A program made the translations under genes and the position numbers. Shown here in pieces: positions 41,216 through 52,332 of a DNA stretch of 54,355 nucleotides. The notes under the pieces were generated by a model that was given only the letters and a program-made list of their open reading frames with translations, was not told the origin of the DNA and searched no databases. Source of the stretch: Octopus sinensis (taxonomy: Eukaryota); NCBI RefSeq assembly GCF_006345805.1, contig NW_021833776.1, positions 1 to 54,355 on the forward strand. The letters are read 5' to 3'. Every line of letters begins with the position of its first letter. The stretch's first letter is position 1.

Positions 41216-42869
41216 AGGTAACAAAGGCATGAAAATATCACGTTTTGCATGTGAATAAATAGATATATCACGTGTTTATGTGCGTGACAGTTGAATAAAG
41301 AAAGTATAATAAATTTTCTGCTTTCGACGACCAATCACATCTCGATCCCTAATGTCTTTACGAGTATTTTAGCTTATATAATGTTACGCTCTTTCTTTTC
41401 TTACGAAATTTGAATAATCGGCTCAAGTATTTTACTTTATTTGCGTTATTAATAGATTTCAATTAGATATTGACTGCGAAGATTGTAAACTCGTTTTAAT
41501 TATTTTAGGTGTCCAAGCAATGAGTCAAAAGCCGCCTAGCTTTCCAATAAATGCTTGTTTTGTGTCGGTCACTTAAGGAAAAAAATAATATGGAAATAAA
41601 TAATGGGACCGCTTGTGTAGAGGTATGAAGTGTTGTTTAGTGGTTCATACTTGGTTTTGTGGTTTTTTAAGTATTTTATTTTGTCCTTAATAAATTACAC
41701 CGCAAGGCTGTTAACAGTGGCATGTGGAGATTTTAGGGATGTATTTTAGAGATATAATTGCAACATAAGAATTAGGAGTTCAATTCTTAATGTAGTAAAT
41801 ATTTTAAAGCGTATTTTAGATCTTTCATGTTTATCTGTCATTGGACTGCGACCATGATGGGGGCACCACCCTGAAGGATTTAGTCAAACAAATCGACCCC
41901 AATACTTATTTTTCAGCCTGCTACTTATTCTATCGGCTTCTTTTACCGAACTACTAGATTACGAGGACGAAAACAAACTAACATCGGTTACACGACGGGC
42001 TTCGTTTAGCTTCCGTCTACTAAAGACACAAGGCTTTACCTGGCCTGAGTTGAATACATTTGCACAAGGTGCCACGCAATGGCACTGAACCCAAGACCGC
42101 ATGGTAGGGAAGCTAGCTTCTAAACCACATAATCACGACTACATCTATGAAGATTTTTTCCCAATAAAGTACGATTCGTCGAAGATTATTTTCCGGGAAT
42201 ATGGATTACATTCCATAGGGATTACATTTGGTCTTTCTATTAATATTTAAGCGGAAAAGTTTTGTCGAAAGATTATTTTTGAATGTAGGAATATTAGAAA
42301 ACTGTCGATGCTAAAATTTTTAGATTTTAATTTTAAATTTAGTTTTAGCAAGTTATATCACTCAATGCTAAAATATGTTTATAAGACATTTTAATTGCTC
42401 CCTTAAATCTTAAATCTAAAATTCAAACAATTTCTTATCCCTTTCCTTTTTGCTTTTTTTACATTTAAACAAGATTAGGGTATAATAATTCCAATGAAGG
42501 AATAATGTGGCATCAACTTCTTAAAGTACGGATTTCTTGATAAAGAAATAATTAGAAACCTTTTAGTTATTTGATTAAAAATGATGAGACGTTTCATTAT
42601 TTAAGTTGGGGTATACTTATCAATGTTTAAAAATAAGAGGAAAAGATATTCAAGCGAATCAAAAAATAAAATGCATAGTAATGATATAATATAAAATGTA
42701 TATAGAAAATATATATATTTCTAAAAAGTCTTGTAAATACTACTGCTATCTCTAGGAGAGAGTGTATAAAAGTGTGTAAGTATAAGATGGTTGTTGATAT
42801 CTTTATATATATGTGTGTGTGTGCATGTGCATGTGTGTATGCGTGCGTGCGTGCGTGTGTGTGTGTATG

Positions 42870-43136
42870 GAATTCCTGCTCCTGGAATTAACGTGCAAGT
42901 GCTGAACACTCCACAGACACGTGTACCCCCGGGGAGATTCAGCGTGACACAGAATGTGACAAGACTGGCCCTTTGAAATACAGGTAAAAGTGAGTTCACG
43001 CTCCATCCCAGCCGGAGCCTCGTGGAGCTTTAGGTGTTTTCGCTCAATAAACACACACTACGCCCGGTATTGGAATCGAAACCGCGATCCTACGACCGCG
43101 AGTCTGCTGCCCTAACCACTGGGCCATTGCGCTTCC
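42870..43136 (-). mobile_element. Third SINE family, longer copy
   Basis: Homologous to 8870-9060. Confidence 0.75.
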
Positions 43137-43221
43137 GCATACACACACACACACACACGCACACACGCACATACATATATATATATATAGAGAGAGAGAG
43201 GGGGGAGAGAAAAGAGAGAGT

Positions 43222-43279
<58 letters not shown>

Positions 43280-43514
43280 TGGGATGTTTATATATACATG
43301 TATAGATATGTATTTACAACCTGTGGAATATATATATTGATGTGTGTAATATATATAATATGTATATATATATATGTATATATATATGTATATATATGTA
43401 TATATATATGTATATGTATATATATGTATATATATATATGTATATCTATGTATATATATATGTATATGTATATATATGTATATGTATATATATGTATATA
43501 TATATATATATATA

Positions 43515-43568
<54 letters not shown>

Positions 43569-43742
43569 AATTGAAGTCAAAATGAGGATGAAAAAATTGG
43601 ATATTAATTCAATAACATCAATTTAAACACCAGTGGTCTAGCGCATAAAAGACTGAGATTCGGTAAATATTATTAATACACAAATAGTGGATTCTCTATC
43701 ATATTCGTGTATATATATATATCAGTGTATGTATGTATGTAT

Positions 43743-43780
<38 letters not shown>

Positions 43781-44513
43781 ATATATAGTATATATATATA
43801 TATATATATATATACACGTATGTATAATTGTATATACATACATATACATATGTAAATAATTATGTAAGTAATATATATAAGTATATATGATGTATATGTA
43901 TGTGTGTGTGCTAATATATGTATGTGCTAACGTATAAATCATTAAATTATAAAGCTTACATCTACATATATATTTATATATACATACACACACACATACA
44001 CACACACACATTCATACATACATTCATACATACATGCATGCATACATACATACATACATACATACATACACACAAACACATACATACATACATACATACA
44101 TACATACATACATACATCATACATACATACATACATACATACATACATACCTATAGACATAAAAAAAAACAGACCGATGTTTCACTGCTTCTGTTTACAG
44201 CCAACTCAATGGGGTATATTCGACACCCACGTCTAGCCGACATTTTATACAATACAAAATCTGTTTTATCTCGAGTATTATATTTCTGTATTACTGTAGG
44301 TATTTCTATTTACTTATATTTTATCATCGTTTAACACATATTACGCGGATATATATTTCTATTAATGAATAAGGTCTATAAACAAACAAAATATCACAAG
44401 CGTATCTCACTGGAAAAAAAAAAGAATATAAAAGTATATACATTTAATATATTTTGTTTAATACAAGTATACACACGTACAGGGAGAGGGAGGGAGAAGG
44501 AAAGAGAAAGATG

Positions 44514-44559
<46 letters not shown>

Positions 44560-45229
44560 TGCATGTATGTGTATATCGGTCGATGTTTGATGTTTACATA
44601 TATGTGTGCATGTGTGTGTATGTGTGTGTATCTGTGTTTGTATGTGTGGGTGTGTGCATGTGTGTATGCATATATGTTTATGTATTTTTCATTCATATGT
44701 GTGTGTGTATGCATGTATGTATATGCATATGTATATGTATGTTTATGCATATAAAATTTGTGTGTGTCTGCGTGAGGCGTGTGTGTTTGTGTGTGTATGT
44801 GTCTGTGTGTGTTTGTGTAAACACGCATAACGATACATATTAATGCTCAAGTCCTCCCAAAATCGTTTGACAACAGATGTTGGTGTGTTTACGCCTCCGT
44901 AACTTAGCAGTTCGACAAAAGAGATATCGATAGAATAAGTACAAGGCTTACAAGGAATAAGTCGTGGGGTTGATTTGCTCGACTAAAGTCGGTGCTCCAG
45001 CATGGCCACAGTCAAATGACGGAAACAAGTAAAGAGTATATATATGTAATGATGTTTATGCGTTTGTATTATAGCAGAGAAACGTGAAATGAAGTGTTTT
45101 GTTCGAGAACACAGTGTGCCGCCCGGTGAAGGATTCGAAACCCCGCGATCTTATGCTCGTGAACGCAACACCTAAGGTACTAGGGCACTAGGCTATGCGC
45201 CTTCACACACAGCCACACACACACATACA

Positions 45230-45269
<40 letters not shown>

Positions 45270-45326
45270 TATATATATAATATCTATATATATATATATA
45301 TATATATTATCTATTATATATAGATA

Positions 45327-45371
<45 letters not shown>

Positions 45372-45388
45372 ATTTATATATAATATAT

Positions 45389-45419
<31 letters not shown>

Positions 45420-46584
45420 TATATAAATAAATATATATATTATATATATGTAATTTGTATATTCACATTTTAGATATATACGTATATGTATATATTTATA
45501 CACACACATGTATGTGTGTATATATATATATATATATATTTGTGTGTGGTGTGTGTATATATATATATATATATATACATATCTGTATGTATATATACAT
45601 ACATTTATATACATACACATATATGTATGTGTGTATATCATATAATGTACACTGTACATAGTTATGAGTTACTTATAGTTCAAACATTGGAGAGTTTCCA
45701 AGTAATCTTCAGAGCCTGATGATTACTTGGAAACACAAGGCATAATATTAAAACCGCTCTACAAAATATCTTCAATGTATGGAAATATTTGTAGCGCATA
45801 ACTATATACTGTATGCATAAAACAATATTTATCTCTCACCGGTTGGATTACTTTTTTTTAAGCTTACCTTAACGGAAAAGTAAATTATATATTGGAAAAT
45901 GACAAAGAGTATCTGAAAAAACCTCTCCCAAAACACCCTCTTCCGAAAACACAAACAGCAAATTCAACTCTAGACATTTTTTCAATTAATTTACACACAC
46001 GCGCATGCACACAGACATGCACGCATATACACACACACACATGCACACACACCTACGATTAGTTCTTATCCAAATCCTGAGAGCTTTATATATATAATTT
46101 GGGTAAGGTTGTACTGTGGTTGGTACGGATATTTGAAATTGTATTTCAAGTTTGGTAACAATTAGATGGTGCGAGATGGAGGATTGGAAATTGAGGTCGA
46201 AACTTGGAATTGAAATTAAAAATTAAAACTTGAAGCCTAGAATTGCAAACTAAGAAGAGGTAAAGCCTAAAAACTCCAAAACTTAAGGGTTGTTGAACTG
46301 AAGCTGAACAAGCTGGCTTGTGTTAGAAGAGAGGTAGATGAATACATCATTCAAAATACCGCCAAAATACCGCCTGGATTTATATCAGATTTTAAATAAG
46401 GACCTGTACCTTCATGGAAATACCGACCACCACCCATATCCTCTGGAAAAAGATGGGTTGTGAACATTATTCTCCTGCGTATATTCTTCTACCTTCACTC
46501 TTTATTCTTCTATTTACTACTTTATTCTTCTATTTTATTCCTTATAAACTGTGAATTTTATTTCTTGTAAACTGTAAATTTTAC

Positions 46585-46669
46585 TTTGTCTCTGATGACG
46601 GAATGCCCAGTGCGTAGACATACTAACCTACCGCTTGGGTTATCCCAGAAACGGCTGTAAGATTTCAAA
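46585..46669 (+). ncRNA. Type I hammerhead ribozyme-like motif of a second family (Penelope-like)
   Basis: TTTG-TCT / AGA-(TTT)-CAAA helix I; CTGATGA 46592-98; long irregular helix II (GGA/TCC, GCCCAG/TTGGGT, GCG/CGC, TAG/CTA); GAAA 46648-51; self-complementary ACGGCTGT helix III; GUA cleavage triplet at 46657-59. Confidence 0.65.
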
Positions 46670-47631
46670 TTCGCCTTACCCTAATTATTATAAATTACTT
46701 GAGATACTTGTTCTACCTTGGTTTTGATTTTTTTCTCTAATATGATATACACCTGCTATAACGGAACCCTAATACGGATCTCTCGATCCAATCTTAGCTG
46801 TGATCTTGGAACCTGACAGTCGACCAACTATAACACTTACTCAGAGTACCTATTCGTTTAGATCACAAATGAACTAAAACCCCTCATATTTTATATATAT
46901 ATGTGTGTGTGTGTATGTGTGTATGTCTATGTGTATGTATGCATATATAATATATATATATATATGTGTGTGTGTGCGTGTGTGTGCGTATGTATGTGTG
47001 TATGTACGTGTGTACGTATGTGCGTGTGTATGTGTGTGTATGTGTGTATGTATGCTTGTATGCATGAATGTATGCATGTATGCATGTATGTACGCATGCA
47101 TGTATGTATGTATGCATGTATGTATGTATGTATGTATGTATGTATGCATGCATGCATGCATGCATGTATGCATGCATGCATGTATGTATGTATGTATGTA
47201 TGTATGTATATATGTATGCATGTACGCATGTATGTATGCACATATGTATGTATGTATGCATGCATGCTTGCAATGTTACAGACAAGAAAGTAAATTTCGA
47301 ACGCAGTCTGGCTGTGAAAACAGCCGAGAAAGATTGGGTATTTACTCGGACAAAAAGTTACTAGCAGACATAAAGGCGTGAAATTGATGAAATCCTATGG
47401 ACGATAACTGACGAGAATTTGACGACATTCTGTGTGTTTACCGTTCGTTCTGTTTGTTTGCGCTTTTATATATTGTGTTTTTTGACATATATATATATAT
47501 ATATATATATCAACAATCAAGGAACGGCCATAATAGGCCATTCACCCACTAGAAATAACAGCCAAAGCTTCAACCGCAAATAAAAGTCAATTCCGTAAAC
47601 AGGAGAAAATTTAAAAAACATTTACCCTGTA

Positions 47632-47738
47632 ATTTCTTATACGATGCACCGTTTCGTCTGCTGTTTAATGGTAAACTAACCTGATTAAATTAAATCAAGC
47701 CAATCTTCCATAGGCCCTCAGATTCTTCAGTAAGAAAT
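47632..47738 (-). ncRNA. Type I hammerhead ribozyme (left monomer, opposite strand)
   Basis: Reverse complement of the same motif: core at 47724-47730, GAAA at 47652-47655, helix I strands at 47731-38 and 47632-39, predicted cut between 47640 and 47639. All core nucleotides match the right copy. Confidence 0.85.
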
Positions 47739-48187
47739 AGCCACCAAGTCGGAACAGATATTTTCACGAGGCATCTCCGACCCTGCCAAGGTAATATCTG
47801 ACCTACAAATTTCAAATCATCGCACTCGCGCCAAATTTATCGGCAGCAAATAAATATAAGCGTCGATTCATTACGGAATTAACCAGAAATCATAATTAAT
47901 CAATATAGGGTGGCAAAAAAATTTTGTAGAATTTTTTTGTCACCAGCGGCCTAGTGGGAAAAAATTAAATAGTATAGACCTTTTAAGTTCAACATCAACA
48001 ATCAAGGAACGGCCACCCTATATTGAGAATTATGAATTTTTGGTTAATTCCGTAATGAATCGACGGCTTATATTTATTTGCTGCCGATAAATTTGGCGCG
48101 GTGTGCGATGATTGAAAATTTTAGGTCAGATATTACCTTGGCAGGGTCGGAGATGCCTCGTGAAAATATCTGTTCCGACTTGTGGCT

Positions 48188-48293
48188 ATTTCTTACTGAA
48201 GAATCTGAGGGCCTATGGAAGATTGGCTTGATTTAATTTAATCAGGTTAGTTTACCATTAACAGCAGACGAAACGGTGCATCGTATAAGAAAT
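48188..48293 (+). ncRNA. Type I hammerhead ribozyme (right monomer)
   Basis: Helix I ATTTCTTA 48188-95 / TAAGAAAT 48286-93 (8 perfect bp); core CTGAAGA 48196-202; long helix II (TCTG/CAGA, ATGG/CCAT, TTGGCTTGATT/AATCAGGTTAG); GAAA 48270-73; helix III ACGG-TGCA-TCGT; cleavage triplet GUA, predicted cut between 48285 and 48286. Confidence 0.85.
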
Positions 48294-48524
48294 TAAAGAA
48301 TTACAGGGTAAATGTTTTTTAAATTTTCTCCTGTTTACGGAATTGACTTTTATTGCGGTTGAAGCTTGGCTGTTATTTCTAGTGGGTGAATGGCCTATTA
48401 TGGCCGTTCCTTGATTGTTGATGTTGAACTTAAAAATGGTCTATGACTATTATTTTTTCCCACTAGGCCGCTGGTGACAAAAAAATTCTACAAAATTTTT
48501 TTTTGCCACCCTATATTGATTAAT

Positions 48525-48590
<66 letters not shown>

Positions 48591-48591
48591 C

Positions 48592-48638
<47 letters not shown>

Positions 48639-48644
48639 AGTAAT

Positions 48645-48802
48645 ATAATATGTGACAATTATTCGGTTGCCATAATAAAACTCCGATTTTCAGATGTCGG
48701 GGCGGAAACCTCGATAACTGAAGAGATGCCGGAGCAGGTTTCCGCCCCGACATCCGAATCTCGGAGTCTTATTATGGCAACCGAATAATTGTCACATATT
48801 AT
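48645..48802. repeat. Foldback hairpin with 67-bp arms and 24-bp spacer
   Basis: 48645-48711 matches the reverse complement of 48736-48802 at 63 of 67 positions. Confidence 0.85.
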
Positions 48803-48967
48803 ACTACAGATAAATTCCTCTATTTACATAATATCGAGGTCTCCTTCATCTTTTGTTGTCTTACCATTACTATTAAATATTATGTATATATATATTTATA
48901 CATATATATATATATATATATATATGTTATCTATATATATTTATACATATAGATATATATATATATA

Positions 48968-48998
<31 letters not shown>

Positions 48999-49670
48999 AC
49001 ATAAGGGACTAAAGCCATCTGAATATGGCTAGGGACAGGGCAGGGTGGTGGGGGGTGTTACTGTTGCATTTAGCCCCAGGCGAACATCGACGTCACCAGA
49101 AAGGCCCGACACCGTCACGGTCCTTTAACCTGCAAAGGGAGGTATTCCCCGATGAAGCGGAAACCACACACGGACCATGGTTTCAAGGTGTATTGCCTAT
49201 CGTCGGCGTGTGGTAGGCTTCCGCTCCCTCGACGAATTCTCACTCTGCAGGATATTCATATATAGATTTTCAAGCAAAATACATTTGCTGATTTCGAAAA
49301 TCTGTCGAAAGCAATATAATTCTCTAAAAGAGATATAGACAGTAACTGCTCGATAACATAAGGGACTAAAGCCATCATATTATTATATAATATAATAATA
49401 TATATATAATATCTATATATCTATCATATATCATATATATAAACTACATGCGCAGAAAAACACATATATATACATGCTTGTGAGTGTGTGTGTATGTGTA
49501 CATGTGTGTGTGTGGTTTGTGTGTGTGTGCTTGTGTATACATATGTGTGTAGATGTATACATGTATATATTTGCAGAAGGTTTTCTTAAATCAAAATTGT
49601 TAATTATATAAATACATATTTTCTGTTACTTATAGGTAACAAGTTTAAAGACCTGTAAAGAAGTTTTTTG

Positions 49671-49721
<51 letters not shown>

Positions 49722-50735
49722 CACTTTTCACTATTTTCAGGTTTTCAAACACACGTCTTGTTCGGTAAACATGTAACTGGTGTATTTTTCTGCTTTTTTT
49801 AAAACATTTTTATAGAATTAACTATTACTTGTATAAAAAAAAATTATAGTAGTAGTAGTAGTAGTTGGATCGGTGGATTGGCAGAATCGTTAGGGCATCG
49901 GGCAAAAAGCCTTGTGGTATTTGTTCTGCTCTTAACCTTCTTGTGTTCACATCAAATCTAACTTCTGTTCAACTTTGAATCAAATGTTAAAGTCGATGTA
50001 AATTTTCTAACTTTTCCCCAACAACAGCAGAGAAACAAAGTTGTACCTGTATTATAAATTACTGTTGTAATAAACATATTATCAATAACAATGATACTGT
50101 TTAACTATCAACAGCTATATTGTTTGCTGTGTTTCTGTGATAAACTATATTTTCAGTGTTTAATCATTTAAATTGCATGATTTTCTTTCTTTATTTATTT
50201 GCGTAGGTAGCCTAACATTTGTAGCATGATCAAAGTATTTGATTATGAGTCTAATTGCTATTGATTATTTTGGATGAAAGTCTAAGCTACCAGAAAATGT
50301 AACTTTTTTATCATTCAATGTTCTCAGTTCCTTTTCCTTTCACTCCTCTGGTATCTGTTAAATAAATTACCAGTAAGAGTCTGGGGAGAGGCGATATAAT
50401 GAAGTACCAGTTAAATACGGGGGTCGCTATAATCCATTTGTTCCTCGCTAAAAAAAAGTTTTTACTTAACTTTCGCTTATGGAAGAAATTTAGCAGAGTC
50501 CTTAGAGCATCGGACAAAATGCCTTACGATATTTAACTATGGACCTTTCACGCTCTGTGTTCAGACCTTTCCGAAGTTAACTTTGGATTTCATCCTTCCA
50601 GAGACGATAAAAAGATAAAGTCAAAAAGTACTGGAGTCAATATCATCGACTTTTTCTATGCCTATTTTAGAAACAATTGTTGTTGTTGGTTTTGTTGTCG
50701 TTGTGGTTGTTGTTTTGTTGTTGTTGTTGTTGTGT

Positions 50736-50776
<41 letters not shown>

Positions 50777-50783
50777 AAACTCA

Positions 50784-50789
50784 ACTTAC
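50784..50789 (-). other. 5' splice donor of HAND intron (phase 0)
   Basis: ACG|GTAAGT is a perfect donor consensus, at a position equivalent to the single phase-0 intron of vertebrate HAND2 (after the basic stretch following the bHLH). Confidence 0.85.
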
Positions 50790-51317
50790 CGTCTCTTTCC
50801 GTTTCTTGTCGTCTCTGCTCTCCAGTTTCTTGCTAAGTTCTGCTTTAAATCCAGCAGTGTCCACGAAAGAGGGATCATCCTTTGATAAGACGTCCATTAG
50901 ATAGGCGATATAACTCGTGGCTAGACGAAGAGTTTTTATTTTCGATAATTTTGTGTCTGACGGAACATTTGGTATACAACCACGAAGTTGAGCAAAAGCC
51001 ATGTTTATGCTCTGAGTCCGTCGTCTTTCTTTTTTGTTAGCCGTGACTCTTCTTTTAATGACACGTAGCGGCCCTGAGTGTGTTTGTATGTGTTCGTAGG
51101 TGTAGGTTTGATAATCGGAAGACAAGGAACCAGTTGTAGTCAGGTAGGAAGAATCGTTGCCTATTTGTGCGCTGGCTACAGTCGTGTCGTTTCCGTTAAG
51201 CATCCAATTTGGGAAGTAATGGTGTGGTGTCGGTTCCGGTGGATATTGGTAAAAATCGTGTACCATGGGCCCTGGATGATGGTAACCTTGGTTATATCCT
51301 GTCACGCTGAGACTCAT
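50790..51317 (-). CDS. Hand: HAND-family (dHAND/HAND2-like) bHLH transcription factor, coding exon 1 (176 codons)
   Basis: ORF 50781..51428 contains [56 protein letters not shown], the HAND bHLH signature. First ATG is at 51317 ([11 protein letters not shown], similar to the HAND2 N-terminus MSLVGGFPHHP); the ORF-track start at 51428 is a TTG. The frame ends ...KKRKET|GTAAGT. Confidence 0.93.
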
Positions 51318-51569
51318 TTCTCCGATGAAATCGGTGGGGTGGGGGCTTGAAACTGGATTCTGTTTTTTTTCCGCTAAGCCAAATATTTCCTCTGTCGGAT
51401 CCACAATGAAATTGAAATAAAAAAGCAATGTTAATTAAAATATTAAAACATTTATTTTGCAAGGGTGGAGGATGAATTATTCATTATCATAATCATCATC
51501 CTTATTATCAACTTTTATTATTATTATTATTGGGCCTATGGATAATTTTCAGAAATCCCCGGCACTGAC

Positions 51570-52217
51570 AATGCTACTAAGAAGTATTGCCGATTCGGGA
51601 TAAACTCTACAGACATAGAAGTGTCGTCAGCCAGGCCTGCCCGAGATGCGCGCAGAGCGACAAAACTGTTCTGCACGCCCTCGTCCAGTGCCCGAGCATT
51701 GCTGACTTGTGGGTTTATGTCGAATATCTGCTGTCGCGTGTAAGACTAATCCGGCCGCCTTCATTTCGCCCCGCCGTCTTCCTTTGGCCGAGGAGGGCAA
51801 GCAGTGCTTCTCTGTCTGGTGGCCTTAGCGATAGAGGTTGTGCAGTGGACCAAGTTGAAAGGGCTGAAGATAGACACTTTCCTATTTGGCCAAACCCTCA
51901 TCAACATTTTCAAATTCCACTTGAAAAAGAAACAGAGAAGAAAGGGAAGTACTGCCACTCAGCAATTTTGTCAAAAGGTGAGTGAATGTAGTGCGTATGG
52001 CTCGAGTGAACTACATCAAGGTTGGACGAAGAGGAGAGGACGGAGAGGAGAAGGTAATCGTGGTTTTTGTGGGTTCCCACGAGCAACCTTTGGAAGTATC
52101 CCTTTTGGGGGGATTTTACTTGTTTTAACTTTTATTGTTTTCTTATTTACACGTTCCAATCCCACTCGTTTTGTATTGTCCTCTATTGTCCACAATCTTT
52201 TATATGAACCCTCAGTG
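51570..52217 (+). mobile_element. Tx1/L1-type LINE 3' fragment
   Basis: PIRDKLYRH...CPRCAQSDKTVLHALVQCPSIADLW and WTKLKGLKIDTFLFGQTLINIFKFHLKKK. Confidence 0.8.
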
Positions 52218-52253
<36 letters not shown>

Positions 52254-52332
52254 ATTATTATTATATTATTATTACTATTATTATTATCATCATTATCATT
52301 ATCATTATTATTATTATCACTATTATTATTGA

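Larger units (their letters stand above)
47511..48527. mobile_element. Inverted pair of ~490-bp hammerhead-containing monomers (retrozyme-like)
   Basis: 47511-48015 is a 485-bp unit plus a 20-bp repeat of its start (CAACAATCAAGGAACGGCCA at 47511 and 47996). 48012-48527 is the reverse-complement unit of 493 bp plus ~22-bp redundancy (GCCACCCTATATTGA at 48012 and 48505). The two are joined at a GCCA microhomology and flanked by (TA)n on both sides. Confidence 0.8.

Noticed and set aside
47407-47435. CTGACGA-GAAT...ATTC hammerhead-like start
   Set aside because: No GAAA after the stem and no helix I/III.
48005-48025. Minus-strand GGG TGG CCG (GWP) as HAND exon 2
   Set aside because: Context is IGWPFLD at the retrozyme junction, not KGRTGWPQ; no acceptor.
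47511-48527. Simple long-read foldback artefact as explanation of the inverted duplication
   Set aside because: Not favoured: a foldback chimera gives a point-symmetric palindrome, whereas these copies are differently permuted with their own terminal redundancies. Many differences are small indels, so read support should still be checked.
49095-49150. Twister-ribozyme-like GGTCC...TAAC segment
   Set aside because: Lacks the CCNAAGC loop and the pseudoknot pairings.
51318-51428. N-terminal extension MLFYFNF... of the HAND ORF
   Set aside because: Starts at a TTG in T-rich sequence; the HAND-like N-terminus begins at the ATG at 51317.
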